Translations under genes and position numbers: made by a program
In this document: positions 1 to 9,300 of the stretch, piece after piece
How positions within the stretch are numbered: the first letter of the stretch is position 1
Layout: every line of letters starts with the position of its first letter
From: a virus
Virus record (IMG/VR): IMGVR_UViG_3300018080_007253
Location: 356-64,355 of that record
Length of the DNA stretch: 64,000 nt
Reading direction: 5' to 3' (one strand)
Notes under the pieces: generated by a model
Told to the model about the DNA's origin: nothing
Databases searched by the model: none
The model's input: the letters and a program-made list of their open reading frames with translations, nothing else

Positions 1-2
1 TA

Positions 3-242
3 AAAACGACTGGTCTTGCAATTAGAGATTATGATCCTGTCTCTTTGAGAGTTAAAAAGCCAGATGGCACAATGTGTGAATGGAGTGCAACGCTTGTTAG
101 TGGAGTGTATATCCAACATACAGTGATAGATGGTGATTTTGATCAACCTGGAAAATATTCTGTGCAACCATATGTTGCGACGAGTGGATGGTCTGGAGTT
201 GGAGAAACATCAACTTTTGACATATATAGATATTATTGTTAG
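3..242 (+). CDS. 3' part of a virion protein (BppU-N/Ig-like beta-sandwich); ORF runs off the window start
   Basis: The frame is open from base 3 (KTTGLAIRDYDPVSLRVKKPDG...). The KKPDG..W.A...Y....GD.DQ.G.Y..Q pattern resembles BppU-like N-terminal domains. It contains 3 SG dipeptides. Confidence 0.5.
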   Translation, partial: KTTGLAIRDYDPVSLRVKKPDGTMCEWSATLVSGVYIQHTVIDGDFDQPGKYSVQPYVATSGWSGVGETSTFDIYRYYC

Positions 243-251
243 GAGCTTATA

Positions 252-794
252 ATGACCGTTATACAAATAAATACAATTGTTGATGATGTTGCTTTAGATA
301 TGGGGACAACAGATGAAATTGATAATGATTCTATAAGAAAATTTGTTAGTAAAGCGATAAAAAGATTAAATAGAATTTTTAAAATTAATGGAATAACTGA
401 TACAATATCTCAGTGCGATGAATATTGTGATATAGAGGTTGCTGATGATAAGTCGGAGATTTATCCAGATTTAATAACACTGCAAACTGAATGTTTGATA
501 TCAAAAAGAAGATACTATGAGGCTGTCTCTAAAGGAATAAAGATAAAGAGTGGTTCTGATAGTGTTGATACAACTAGTTCATTTGGTGGCTATAGTCAGT
601 TGACTAGTGAATTTTGTGATGAATTAAATAGGTCACTTAATAGTTTTCTTGATGATAACAAATCAGATGATGTTGTTGATGGCGGAACTTTGATATGGTA
701 CGGTGAACAGCGCGAATATTGGGAGAACGAAGATTACGACAATAGTAGAAAGAATTTTAGAAGCCCATTTGATAATGGGACAGAAATGGATTAA
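252..794 (+). CDS. putative head-tail adaptor/connector protein
   Basis: 180-aa acidic helical ORF with an AGGAG RBS, at the start of the neck gene series. The call rests mainly on synteny. Confidence 0.45.
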   Translation: MTVIQINTIVDDVALDMGTTDEIDNDSIRKFVSKAIKRLNRIFKINGITDTISQCDEYCDIEVADDKSEIYPDLITLQTECLISKRRYYEAVSKGIKIKSGSDSVDTTSSFGGYSQLTSEFCDELNRSLNSFLDDNKSDDVVDGGTLIWYGEQREYWENEDYDNSRKNFRSPFDNGTEMD

Positions 795-796
795 TT

Positions 797-1342
797 ATGG
801 CTAAAGATGATTCAATATTGCCAATTGCTGGGCGATATCTTACAGATAATTTAAAAAATTTATACTCTACATCTATTCAACAACTTATTGCTGATCTTGG
901 AAGAGAGGTTGTTTTAACATTACCACCATCGACTAGCGGATGTCCTAATTGTACTTATTCTGCACTTGATGAAAGGTCGGCAGGTAGATATAATACGTCA
1001 AATCCATTCAGTGGCAAGCCATATAATATTCCATTTGCAGAAAATCAACGATGTCCAGTCTGTTTAGGAACGCACACCATTAAAGAAAAAAAGACTGCGA
1101 CTTGGCGTGCGACAATTGTTAAAAGTCCAAAAGAAGTCAATTATGAAAAATACGGAGTTTCTCCAGAAAACACTGTTTTAACAAAGACAGTAATTAATTC
1201 ATTCAGAGATATTTCTAACTGTGTGCGTGCAACAATAGATGGGTTGGAGTACACAAGATTGTCTGATCCTGTAAAGATAGGACTTGGTAATAATAACGAA
1301 GATTTAAAATTTGTTAATACTATTTGGAAGAGGGCATCATAA
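797..1342 (+). CDS. putative head-closure protein with a CxxC...CxxC zinc-finger insertion
   Basis: CPNC and CPVC pairs, a beta-rich C-terminal half (ATIDGLEYTRLSDP), and neck-gene synteny. Confidence 0.45.
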   Translation: MAKDDSILPIAGRYLTDNLKNLYSTSIQQLIADLGREVVLTLPPSTSGCPNCTYSALDERSAGRYNTSNPFSGKPYNIPFAENQRCPVCLGTHTIKEKKTATWRATIVKSPKEVNYEKYGVSPENTVLTKTVINSFRDISNCVRATIDGLEYTRLSDPVKIGLGNNNEDLKFVNTIWKRAS

Positions 1343-2019
1343 TGCCAGTTGCAGTATACCCTTCTGATTTTAAGATTATTCTTACTAAAAGTGTTTTGAA
1401 ACACTTAAATCTTAGACTTAAAAAACTCAAGCTTAGGTTGATAGCAGACAGGGCGTCTATTTTGCTTGCTGCTGACCAATTCCTCCGTATTTTTAGGAAC
1501 GAACTATTCAACAGTCAGGTAATACAAAATGTCTCTAAAAAAGGCTCTACTGGCCCTTTAACTGGCATTAAATCTTTGGCAGATGCTGAAACACATCCTT
1601 TGTTTGGAATGTTGGGGTTTTCTAGTGCGCCGTCTGTTAATGCTATTATAAACAATATCAGAATTGGTTCACAAAGTGTGGTTTTTAAAACGAGAAAAAC
1701 GCCGAAAGGCTTTATTGGTGATCTTATTTTTGATTTTAATGCATTTAATGGCGATACTGCTGCAAAAATATCTTGGAACAAAGGATCTGTGTCATGGCCA
1801 AGAATATTGGAATATGGAATTTCTATAGGCAATAGGCTCTTTGGTTGGTGGATAGACAGCAATGCCTCTAGGTCGCAAGATGGTATTATGATAAGAAATA
1901 AGAATCATTCAGGGTTTGCTATAGTTCCATTATATATATTTAGAACTGCATTTGAACGAGCAATGGTAATAACACCGATAGACATTATGAAAAAACTCTC
2001 TGTGAGATTTGTGGGGTAA
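1342..2019 (+). CDS. putative neck/tail-completion protein
   Basis: Basic ORF whose ATG at 1342 overlaps the upstream TAA (TAATG). It lies between the closure-like and terminator-like genes. Confidence 0.4.
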   Translation: MPVAVYPSDFKIILTKSVLKHLNLRLKKLKLRLIADRASILLAADQFLRIFRNELFNSQVIQNVSKKGSTGPLTGIKSLADAETHPLFGMLGFSSAPSVNAIINNIRIGSQSVVFKTRKTPKGFIGDLIFDFNAFNGDTAAKISWNKGSVSWPRILEYGISIGNRLFGWWIDSNASRSQDGIMIRNKNHSGFAIVPLYIFRTAFERAMVITPIDIMKKLSVRFVG

Positions 2020-2021
2020 CA

Positions 2022-2885
2022 ATGATATCAATATCTTTTACATCTAATCTTAAGTATAATTTAAAACAATATTATATGAAGAGATTTTTAAACAATGGGT
2101 TTTATACTAATATACACAAAAATGATTTATTTTATAATGATAATAATCCATCTGTTTTACGCAAAAATGGCAACCTTTTTGAGTCTATAGCAAATGAGTG
2201 GGTATATGAGCTGGATATAACTCAGCCATCTGGATTTGAGGCACCTATCGACGTAAGCGGTGTATATGTAAATAATACATTTTATGCAAATGGAGCCGCG
2301 CCATATTATCCACAGCCAGATTATTTATATGGGGCTATTAAATTTGTATCTCCGCCATCTTCTACAGACGTTGTTCAGGCTGAGTTTAGCTATAAAGACT
2401 GTGTAATAGATTATGAAGATTCTAAAATAAATAACATTATACAAACACAATATATACAAAATCCTGATTATGACACAACAGAAATATACCCATCTGGAAT
2501 AGATAGGATATTGCCAGCAATGATAATAGAACCAACAGTTAGAGGCAGGAAGGGCTTGCAGCTGGGCGGTGGAGACATAATAAGCGAAAATGTTACATTA
2601 TTTATATATGCTGCGAAACCATACGAAAAAGATGCAATAATGGATACAGTATATGACACAGTAAGAGAGGTAATAATTGGTGTAGATTATAAAGATGCGC
2701 CTGAAATATTAAATTATCAAGGTGGAAGGTCGGCTGGTTATAAAACATATGCTCAAATGCAAAATGATTATTTTTGGACAAAAATTTATATAGATGATGC
2801 AAGGATTGTGGAAAGAGCCCAAATAACGCCATATATGTATATGGCAAGAATTGATTTGTTGTTAAAAATTTATTTAAGTGCTTAA
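2022..2885 (+). CDS. putative tail terminator protein
   Basis: Immediately upstream of the tail tube gene. The C-terminal half (LQLGGG..ENVTLFIYAAKPYEKDAIMD...RIDLLLKI) fits a lambda gpU/SPP1 gp17-type alpha/beta fold by pattern only. Confidence 0.45.
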   Translation: MISISFTSNLKYNLKQYYMKRFLNNGFYTNIHKNDLFYNDNNPSVLRKNGNLFESIANEWVYELDITQPSGFEAPIDVSGVYVNNTFYANGAAPYYPQPDYLYGAIKFVSPPSSTDVVQAEFSYKDCVIDYEDSKINNIIQTQYIQNPDYDTTEIYPSGIDRILPAMIIEPTVRGRKGLQLGGGDIISENVTLFIYAAKPYEKDAIMDTVYDTVREVIIGVDYKDAPEILNYQGGRSAGYKTYAQMQNDYFWTKIYIDDARIVERAQITPYMYMARIDLLLKIYLSA

Positions 2886-2955
2886 AATAAAAACCGTATA
2901 ATAATATAGAAGATTTCCCCTATAATCGTGTGCTTGTGTTTAAAAGGAGGTTTCA

Positions 2956-4170
2956 ATGGCAAATAACAGAATTACGTATGCAACGGCTCAAGTGTCAATT
3001 AAAGACAATAGGGCTGCGGCTACAAATATCATAGCGAACGATTATGATGCTGCTATTCTTGCTTCAGGAATTTCCGCTGCTGACACAATAATAGGTTTTA
3101 ATACAGCTTTAAGTGGTACGTGGCCTGACTCTCATGACATCATGATAGAGAATGAAATTATCAATTTTACCGAGTGGGTTACAACCGACTCTATTGGTGG
3201 TTTGACTCGTGGTGCTCGTGGAACAACTGCTGCGTCGCACGCTTCTGGTACAGAGGCAAAACTTCTTGCATGGGAGGTACCTTACGGTATGCAAACGACA
3301 TCTATCAGTACAGCATTTAATACTGAAGATGTATTTCAGATTGGACAGCTCGACGCATATGAAAACGTTGAGACTATTCCTGAAATTGAAGTCACGATGG
3401 AAAGAGTGCTTGATGGTACTGTACCTTTGTGGCTTATGTGTACCGATAGTCAGTATACCTCTTTGAAGGGAAGGACCGCTGATTTTAAGGTTGATCTTGC
3501 CGTTAATGTTTATCCTGATACACAGGATTCTGCGGCTGGAACTGACGAAGATGCGGTTGTCACTTGTTCTGGAATGTACGTAAGCTCTGTAAGCTATAGT
3601 CTTACTACCGATGGGAATTTTACAGAAAGTTTAACTCTCGTTGGAAACGATAAGACTTGGACAGATGCTGAAGGTATTCCAGATGGACATTTTCCAACAA
3701 GCGATGCCTTTTATGCAGATAAGGTTGCTAAACCTGCTAACGGTGTTGGTTCGGGCGTTCAGCGTTCAGAAGACTTTGATGCTGCTGGCTCTACGCTTCC
3801 TACCGATATTAGCGCAGATGATCATATCCAGTCTTTGGATGTATCTGCCGACATTGGTCGTGAAGACATTTATGAGCTTGGAAGTAAGGCTCCATATTAC
3901 AGGGCTGTTACTTTTCCAATCGAAGTCACTTGTTCGTTTGAAGTTATTACATCTGAAGGTGACAAGGTAGAAGCATTATCAGATCGTGACAATCTTTCCG
4001 CACAATCAATTATTATTAAGACAGATGGTGGACTTACGATTGATCTTGGTAGCAATAACAAACTTACAAACGTTTCATTTGGAGATTTTACGACAGGCGG
4101 CGATTCCGTAACATGCACCTTTGAATACGCAAACTCCAATTCATTAACCATTTCTCACGCCGCTGAGTAG
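2956..4170 (+). CDS. major tail tube protein
   Basis: Strong RBS (AAAAGGAGG) and a downstream terminator. The acidic, Ser/Thr-rich protein has two related halves (EDVFQIGQLDAYEN..PEIEVT and EDIYELGSKAPYYR..FPIEVT) and lies upstream of chaperones and the TMP. Confidence 0.75.
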   Translation: MANNRITYATAQVSIKDNRAAATNIIANDYDAAILASGISAADTIIGFNTALSGTWPDSHDIMIENEIINFTEWVTTDSIGGLTRGARGTTAASHASGTEAKLLAWEVPYGMQTTSISTAFNTEDVFQIGQLDAYENVETIPEIEVTMERVLDGTVPLWLMCTDSQYTSLKGRTADFKVDLAVNVYPDTQDSAAGTDEDAVVTCSGMYVSSVSYSLTTDGNFTESLTLVGNDKTWTDAEGIPDGHFPTSDAFYADKVAKPANGVGSGVQRSEDFDAAGSTLPTDISADDHIQSLDVSADIGREDIYELGSKAPYYRAVTFPIEVTCSFEVITSEGDKVEALSDRDNLSAQSIIIKTDGGLTIDLGSNNKLTNVSFGDFTTGGDSVTCTFEYANSNSLTISHAAE

Positions 4171-4193
4171 ATAGGCTTCTCGCAATGAGGCAC

Positions 4194-4223
4194 GCCCCCT
4201 CTGCAATGGAGGGGGCATTTTTT
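4194..4223 (+). terminator. Rho-independent terminator after the tail tube gene
   Basis: GCCCCCTC-tgcaatg-GAGGGGGC perfect 8-bp stem followed by ATTTTTT. Confidence 0.8.
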
Positions 4224-4253
4224 ATACTAAGGAAATAAGGCAAGGCAATAGGT

Positions 4254-5297
4254 ATGGAAGCTGGAGAAATAGAGAGAAAAATACAATCTATTTTGTGGGG
4301 AAAAGCGATAGTTGACATCGAGGATGGTAGTGGCATTGAGCACAATGTTATTATTAGAGCGCTGTCATCAAAAGAAAATAATATTGTTAATTACTTGTAC
4401 AATAAAGAAATAGAGAATGGCAAAGCAGATGGGCTTTGTACAAACGATGAGCTTGCAAAAATATATAATGAGAATGGTGCTTGGACATATGTAGATGAAG
4501 AAGAAATAATAAAGCTTCAAAATGGCATCAAAAGATTATATAAAATCCTTCCAGATTATCAATATTTAAGATCAAAGTATTTAAGTATTAAAAAGCGCAT
4601 TAAAAAAGCCGAAGTAGATCTTGCAGAATTGCATCAGACTAAAGTTGGGCTGTTTTACAATAGTCTTGAAAATAGAGCGAGCGAAGTGCGCATGCGAAAA
4701 GTCGCGCAATTTTGTGTTGAAACACTCGATGAGAAGATGTACTGGTCAGAAGACGATTTTTTAAATACTACTGATCTTGATTTTGTTCATAATATTATGA
4801 TAGCATATTCAGATGTTTTTATTATGCCAACAGAGCAAGTTAGAGAAATTGCTAGATCATCTGAATGGCGTTATAGATGGAAAGCATCTAAAAATGGTGC
4901 TAATTTATTTGATAAGTCAGTTGCAGAATGGTCTGAAGCGCAAAATTCACTAGTTTTTTGGTCACAATATTATGATTGGATATTTGAACATCCAGAATGT
5001 CCAATGGGACTCATAAATAACGACAAGGCGTTAGACAAATGGGTAGAAGATCAAAATAAAAAAGATAAACAAAAAAACGTATCATCTAATAAGGGATCTG
5101 TTTCTTCTAATCCAAACGCTATAAATGAACAATTTATAATGGTAGAAAAAGGAGATAAAGATTCTATAAAAGAAATACAAGGGCAGAACGATGCATCTAC
5201 AAGGAGACGATTATCTGCCGAAAGGAAAAAACTTAAGGAAAAAGGGAGGTTAAAGGAATGGGAATTGAGGAAAAACCTTTACGCAAAAAAACATTGA
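4254..5297 (+). CDS. tail assembly chaperone-like protein
   Basis: Charged helical protein between the tail tube and the TMP; paralogous with 5585..6310. Confidence 0.5.
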   Translation: MEAGEIERKIQSILWGKAIVDIEDGSGIEHNVIIRALSSKENNIVNYLYNKEIENGKADGLCTNDELAKIYNENGAWTYVDEEEIIKLQNGIKRLYKILPDYQYLRSKYLSIKKRIKKAEVDLAELHQTKVGLFYNSLENRASEVRMRKVAQFCVETLDEKMYWSEDDFLNTTDLDFVHNIMIAYSDVFIMPTEQVREIARSSEWRYRWKASKNGANLFDKSVAEWSEAQNSLVFWSQYYDWIFEHPECPMGLINNDKALDKWVEDQNKKDKQKNVSSNKGSVSSNPNAINEQFIMVEKGDKDSIKEIQGQNDASTRRRLSAERKKLKEKGRLKEWELRKNLYAKKH

Positions 5298-5572
5298 AAG
5301 AAAGAAAACTTATAGAAAATGATCCATATTTTTTAAAATCAAAAGAATATATGCGACATTTTCTCTATAATCAAATAAAAGATGTTTTTGTCGGCTCTTT
5401 AAATGCTATTGAGAATAAGCTTGGAAAAACATTTCCTTCTTATCCGCAATTACGTGCTGAGATATTGAGAGTGGGTAATGATAAAATTAGGGAGATGCAT
5501 GATCTTCTTGATAGTTTTAATATTGAAATGGTTGCTGATGTAGAAGAATTTGGAAACAAGGACAAAAGGTAA
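5258..5572 (+). CDS. small ORF overlapping the upstream gene in the -1 frame; possible frameshift extension
   Basis: No well-spaced RBS at the ATG at 5258. A slippery A AAA AAA heptamer at 5285-5291 lies inside the overlap. Confidence 0.5.
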   Translation: MGIEEKPLRKKTLKERKLIENDPYFLKSKEYMRHFLYNQIKDVFVGSLNAIENKLGKTFPSYPQLRAEILRVGNDKIREMHDLLDSFNIEMVADVEEFGNKDKR

Positions 5573-5584
5573 GGAGACAAAAAA

Positions 5585-6310
5585 ATGGAAAAACTTATTA
5601 ATTTTGATTACAATGGCAAAAAATTTTCGATTGTTAGGCCGACACAGGAAGATTTGATGAAAATTGACATGGAACATCGTAAGGCGTTTGCGGAAGGAGT
5701 GAGGAATGGGCTTATGACTCAATTTGAAGCACAAAAACGCTTTGAAAAAGATGGCGTATGGGGCAGCGAAGATGAAGAAAAGATGCAAATGTTGCAGACA
5801 GAAATTGTAACAATAGAGAGCGAGCTACAAAAAGCAAAAGGGGCGGATGGTAGAAAGATGGCGTTTCAATTGGCAGAAAAACGTAATGCACTTATGGAGC
5901 TTATTAATCATAAGACACAATTGTTTTCTGGACAAACTGCTGAAGGCTATGCAATTGAGAATAAAACCGTTATGTTTGCCGCGCTCTGCACTGTTGATAA
6001 AGGCGGGCGTCGCGTTTTTGGCGATAAAAAAACTTTTCTTGATCATGAAGACCATTCTTTTACGGCAACATGTTATGGTAAGGCATCTCTTGCTGACTAT
6101 GGGATGAGCGAAGAAGACTTGAATCCTGAATATTTAGAGCGCAAATGGCTTGTCGATAATGGTTATGTAGAAAAAGATGGCAGTTTTACAAAACAATATT
6201 ACGATGAGATACTTGAAGAGGGTGGGATTAAAAAGAAGAAGACTACTAAGAAAAAGTCAGCAAAGAAAAAAAAGACTGCTAAGAAAAAAAATATATCTAA
6301 GACAAAATAG
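5585..6310 (+). CDS. tail assembly chaperone-like protein with a Lys-rich C-terminal tail
   Basis: AAGGAG RBS; directly precedes the TMP; ends KKKKTTKKKSAKKKKTAKKKNISKTK. Confidence 0.55.
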   Translation: MEKLINFDYNGKKFSIVRPTQEDLMKIDMEHRKAFAEGVRNGLMTQFEAQKRFEKDGVWGSEDEEKMQMLQTEIVTIESELQKAKGADGRKMAFQLAEKRNALMELINHKTQLFSGQTAEGYAIENKTVMFAALCTVDKGGRRVFGDKKTFLDHEDHSFTATCYGKASLADYGMSEEDLNPEYLERKWLVDNGYVEKDGSFTKQYYDEILEEGGIKKKKTTKKKSAKKKKTAKKKNISKTK

Positions 6311-6323
6311 ATAGGAGAGAAAG

Positions 6324-9300
6324 ATGGCGGGCGAACAGCTACCTTTAGGCATTAGATTTACAGCTAGAGATGTTGAAACTGCTAATATTACATCAGAAGT
6401 GCAAAAAGCTATTAATACAGCCATTGCTAATACTGACACTAAGCAGCTTAGCAAAAAGTTTGAGAATGCGCCTATCACTATTACAACCAAGCTTAGCAAA
6501 CAGGCTAAAGGAGTAATAGCAAAAGATGTTCAGTCCGCACTCAATAAAGTTGGCATTGTTTTTACAGATAGAAATGTTAAAACTAAAACATTAATAGAGA
6601 AAGTGCGACGTGGCGTAAGTAATGCTATTTCTACAGTTGGGACTAAAACATTTGGTAGCCGCCTTTATGATGCCGCAGTTAAGGTTAGAAATGGTATTAA
6701 TGTAGCATTAAATTCTGCCAAATTTTCTGATTTATCAAAAAGATTACAGCAACAATTGAGTAAGCCTGTTACTGTTAGAGTTGGAAAAGTTGAGTCAACA
6801 AAAGATGCTGTTATTAAATTAAAAGGAAAGATAGATGGTAAAACACTTGGAGAATCTGTCAGGGCGCTTGATGGAAAATATTCTGTATTAATTAGAGCAA
6901 AAGTGCAAGGATTGAGAGAAGCCGTAGCGCAGATACAAAGGCAAGTTGGAACTACACCAACAGCAACTGGTAGTGCGAAGCAAGCCCAATCTGCAGCAAA
7001 AGCAAATCAAGAATTGGCGCAAAGTAGGAGGCAAGCTACTAATGCTGCAATTAGTCATACACAAGCAACAAGTAAAGAGGCTAATGCTCAGTCTATTAAT
7101 ACAAAATCTGCAAGAAGTCAGGCAGATGCATTAAAACAATTGCGAAACGACATATTGCCAGCAGAGAAGGGAACAAAAAAATTATCTAGTGCAACAGTAC
7201 AGCTTAGTAACACACAAAATAAAAGTGCTGCTGCTGCAAAATTAATGTTTCAGCCATTTAATAAAACAAGAGCAATGACAGATAGCTTGGCTAAATCTTT
7301 TCAAGAAGCTGGAATAAATGCAGAGATACTTGGCACAAGAATCGCCCAGATTGCGAAAAGATTTTCTGGATTTTTCATTTATACTGCTGCACTTTTTAAA
7401 TTTCTTGAGGCCATACGAGAAACAACTCAGGCAATTAAGGATTTAGATAGAACTGCCGCTAGTCTTGGAAAAGTGTTGAAGGAGCTTTCGGAAGATGATA
7501 TAGATGCAGTAAATCAGCAGCTAATAGAAATGGCAATTAATACCAAGAGGGCATATAGTGAAGCCGCAACCGCGATGGAAAATTTTGCCCGTCAGGGGTT
7601 GTCTACCAAAGATGCTATGCAAGCGACAAAGGGCGTATTAGATTTGCTTAATATTTCTACCGTCGATGCCGCTACTGCGTCAAAGTTGATTATTACTACG
7701 TTTAATGCGTTCGGCGGCGAAATGGAGGAAATGACAAAGACGCTTGCCACCTTCTCTGATCTTGCAGATGCGAGCGCCATTGATGTTGTTGATTTAGCGC
7801 AGGGTTTTATTAGATCTGCTGCGGCTGCAGATGCATTTGGTGTTTCTCAAGAGCAGTTGGCATCCGCTATCGCAACCGTTGGTGGCGTAACTCAGATGCA
7901 AGCAACTCGTATTGGTACTGCATTTAAAACAATCTTTAGTTACTTGGGACAGAACAGAAAGGCTGTACTTGAGCTTGCGGCGTCTTATCGTGGAATTAAT
8001 AGAACAATAGGTGATTTGGACAATGAGTTTTCAACAATGCATGACACCCTTCGTTTCGTGGCAGAAGGATGGGCGTCTTTTAGTAAAGAACAAAGAAGTG
8101 CTATTGGGCAACTCGTAGGCGGGAAAAGAAGATTTAATGAATTGTCTGCATTGATGCAGAATTTTTCTAAATACCAAGAACTTTATGGTCAGTCACTTGA
8201 GGAAAGCAATGCTATACAGCGCAAAAGCGAAGTTGAATCAAAAACACTTGCTGCTGCACACAGAGAACTTTCTTCTTCTATTGTGCAACTTTCTAAAAGT
8301 TTTACTGATTTTGGTGCTACAGACTTTTATAAGAATATTATTTCTGGACTTTCTTCTATCATACAGTTGTCTTCTACTGCTCTTAGAAGTTTAGATACAA
8401 TTAGTAATTTTATAGCAGAGGCAAGCGATGAGACTATAGCTGTAGGAATAGACGGTAAGGAAATTAAGATAGAAATTAATAATGCGCAAAAGGCTTTTCT
8501 TGGGTTTGTGGAAAGTGCAACAAGTGGTAGTAATTTATTGACAAATTCATTCATCTATCTTTTTGCAAGAGTTGTTTTGCCATTTATAGGGAAAGCCACA
8601 AAGTCATTTAAGGCATTTTTAACTGGCAATGAAAAGGGATTAAATAAAATTTTAGCACAACAGGCTGGCTACACACAAGAGGTTGCGAATTCCATAAGTG
8701 CGCTTAGTAACGAGCAGCAAAGGCTTACTGGTATATTACAAACAGAAAAACAAATACTTCAAACTAGACAACAATCTTCACAAGTACAAGCTGGCGGGAC
8801 TACAGCGAAGAGTGTCGCAACACAAAGGGGTTCTGAAGGTGCAGCGAATTTTGCGGCAGCTTCTAAATTTGTTGATTCTATAAAGAATACTCAAGGTGTA
8901 GTTGTTGGTATGTCTGCTGCGATTAAAAATGCAGAAGCTGTATCTAGAGGGTATGGCAAGGCATTAACAAATAATACAAAGGTTGTTAGTTCTAATATTA
9001 ATAGTATGAAACTCCTTGAATATAGAAGGAAGGCGCTCCTTTCTGAAGTTGATAGAACTAGCAATATATTTCAAAAGCTTTATGTTGCAGTAAAAAATGG
9101 ATTACAAATACAGAAGGTTGAAAACAGGGCTGGTATAGCTGCGCCAAAACAGGGGTTGGCATACACTCTTCCAATATTTGGAAAAGGACTTGGCGATAGT
9201 TTCAAGAAAAGTCTTGGAGGATTTAAGACTAGTATTGGCAATATAAGAAAACAAATGTCTGGCTTCGGTGGGCAGATGATAAAAATGGTAGCGATTATGC

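Noticed and set aside
2886-2910. Shared CCGTAT(A)TAAT-like motif upstream of the tail tube gene and the tRNA (about 30896-30906) as a late promoter
   Set aside because: Only two loose matches in AT-rich DNA; not enough to support a call.
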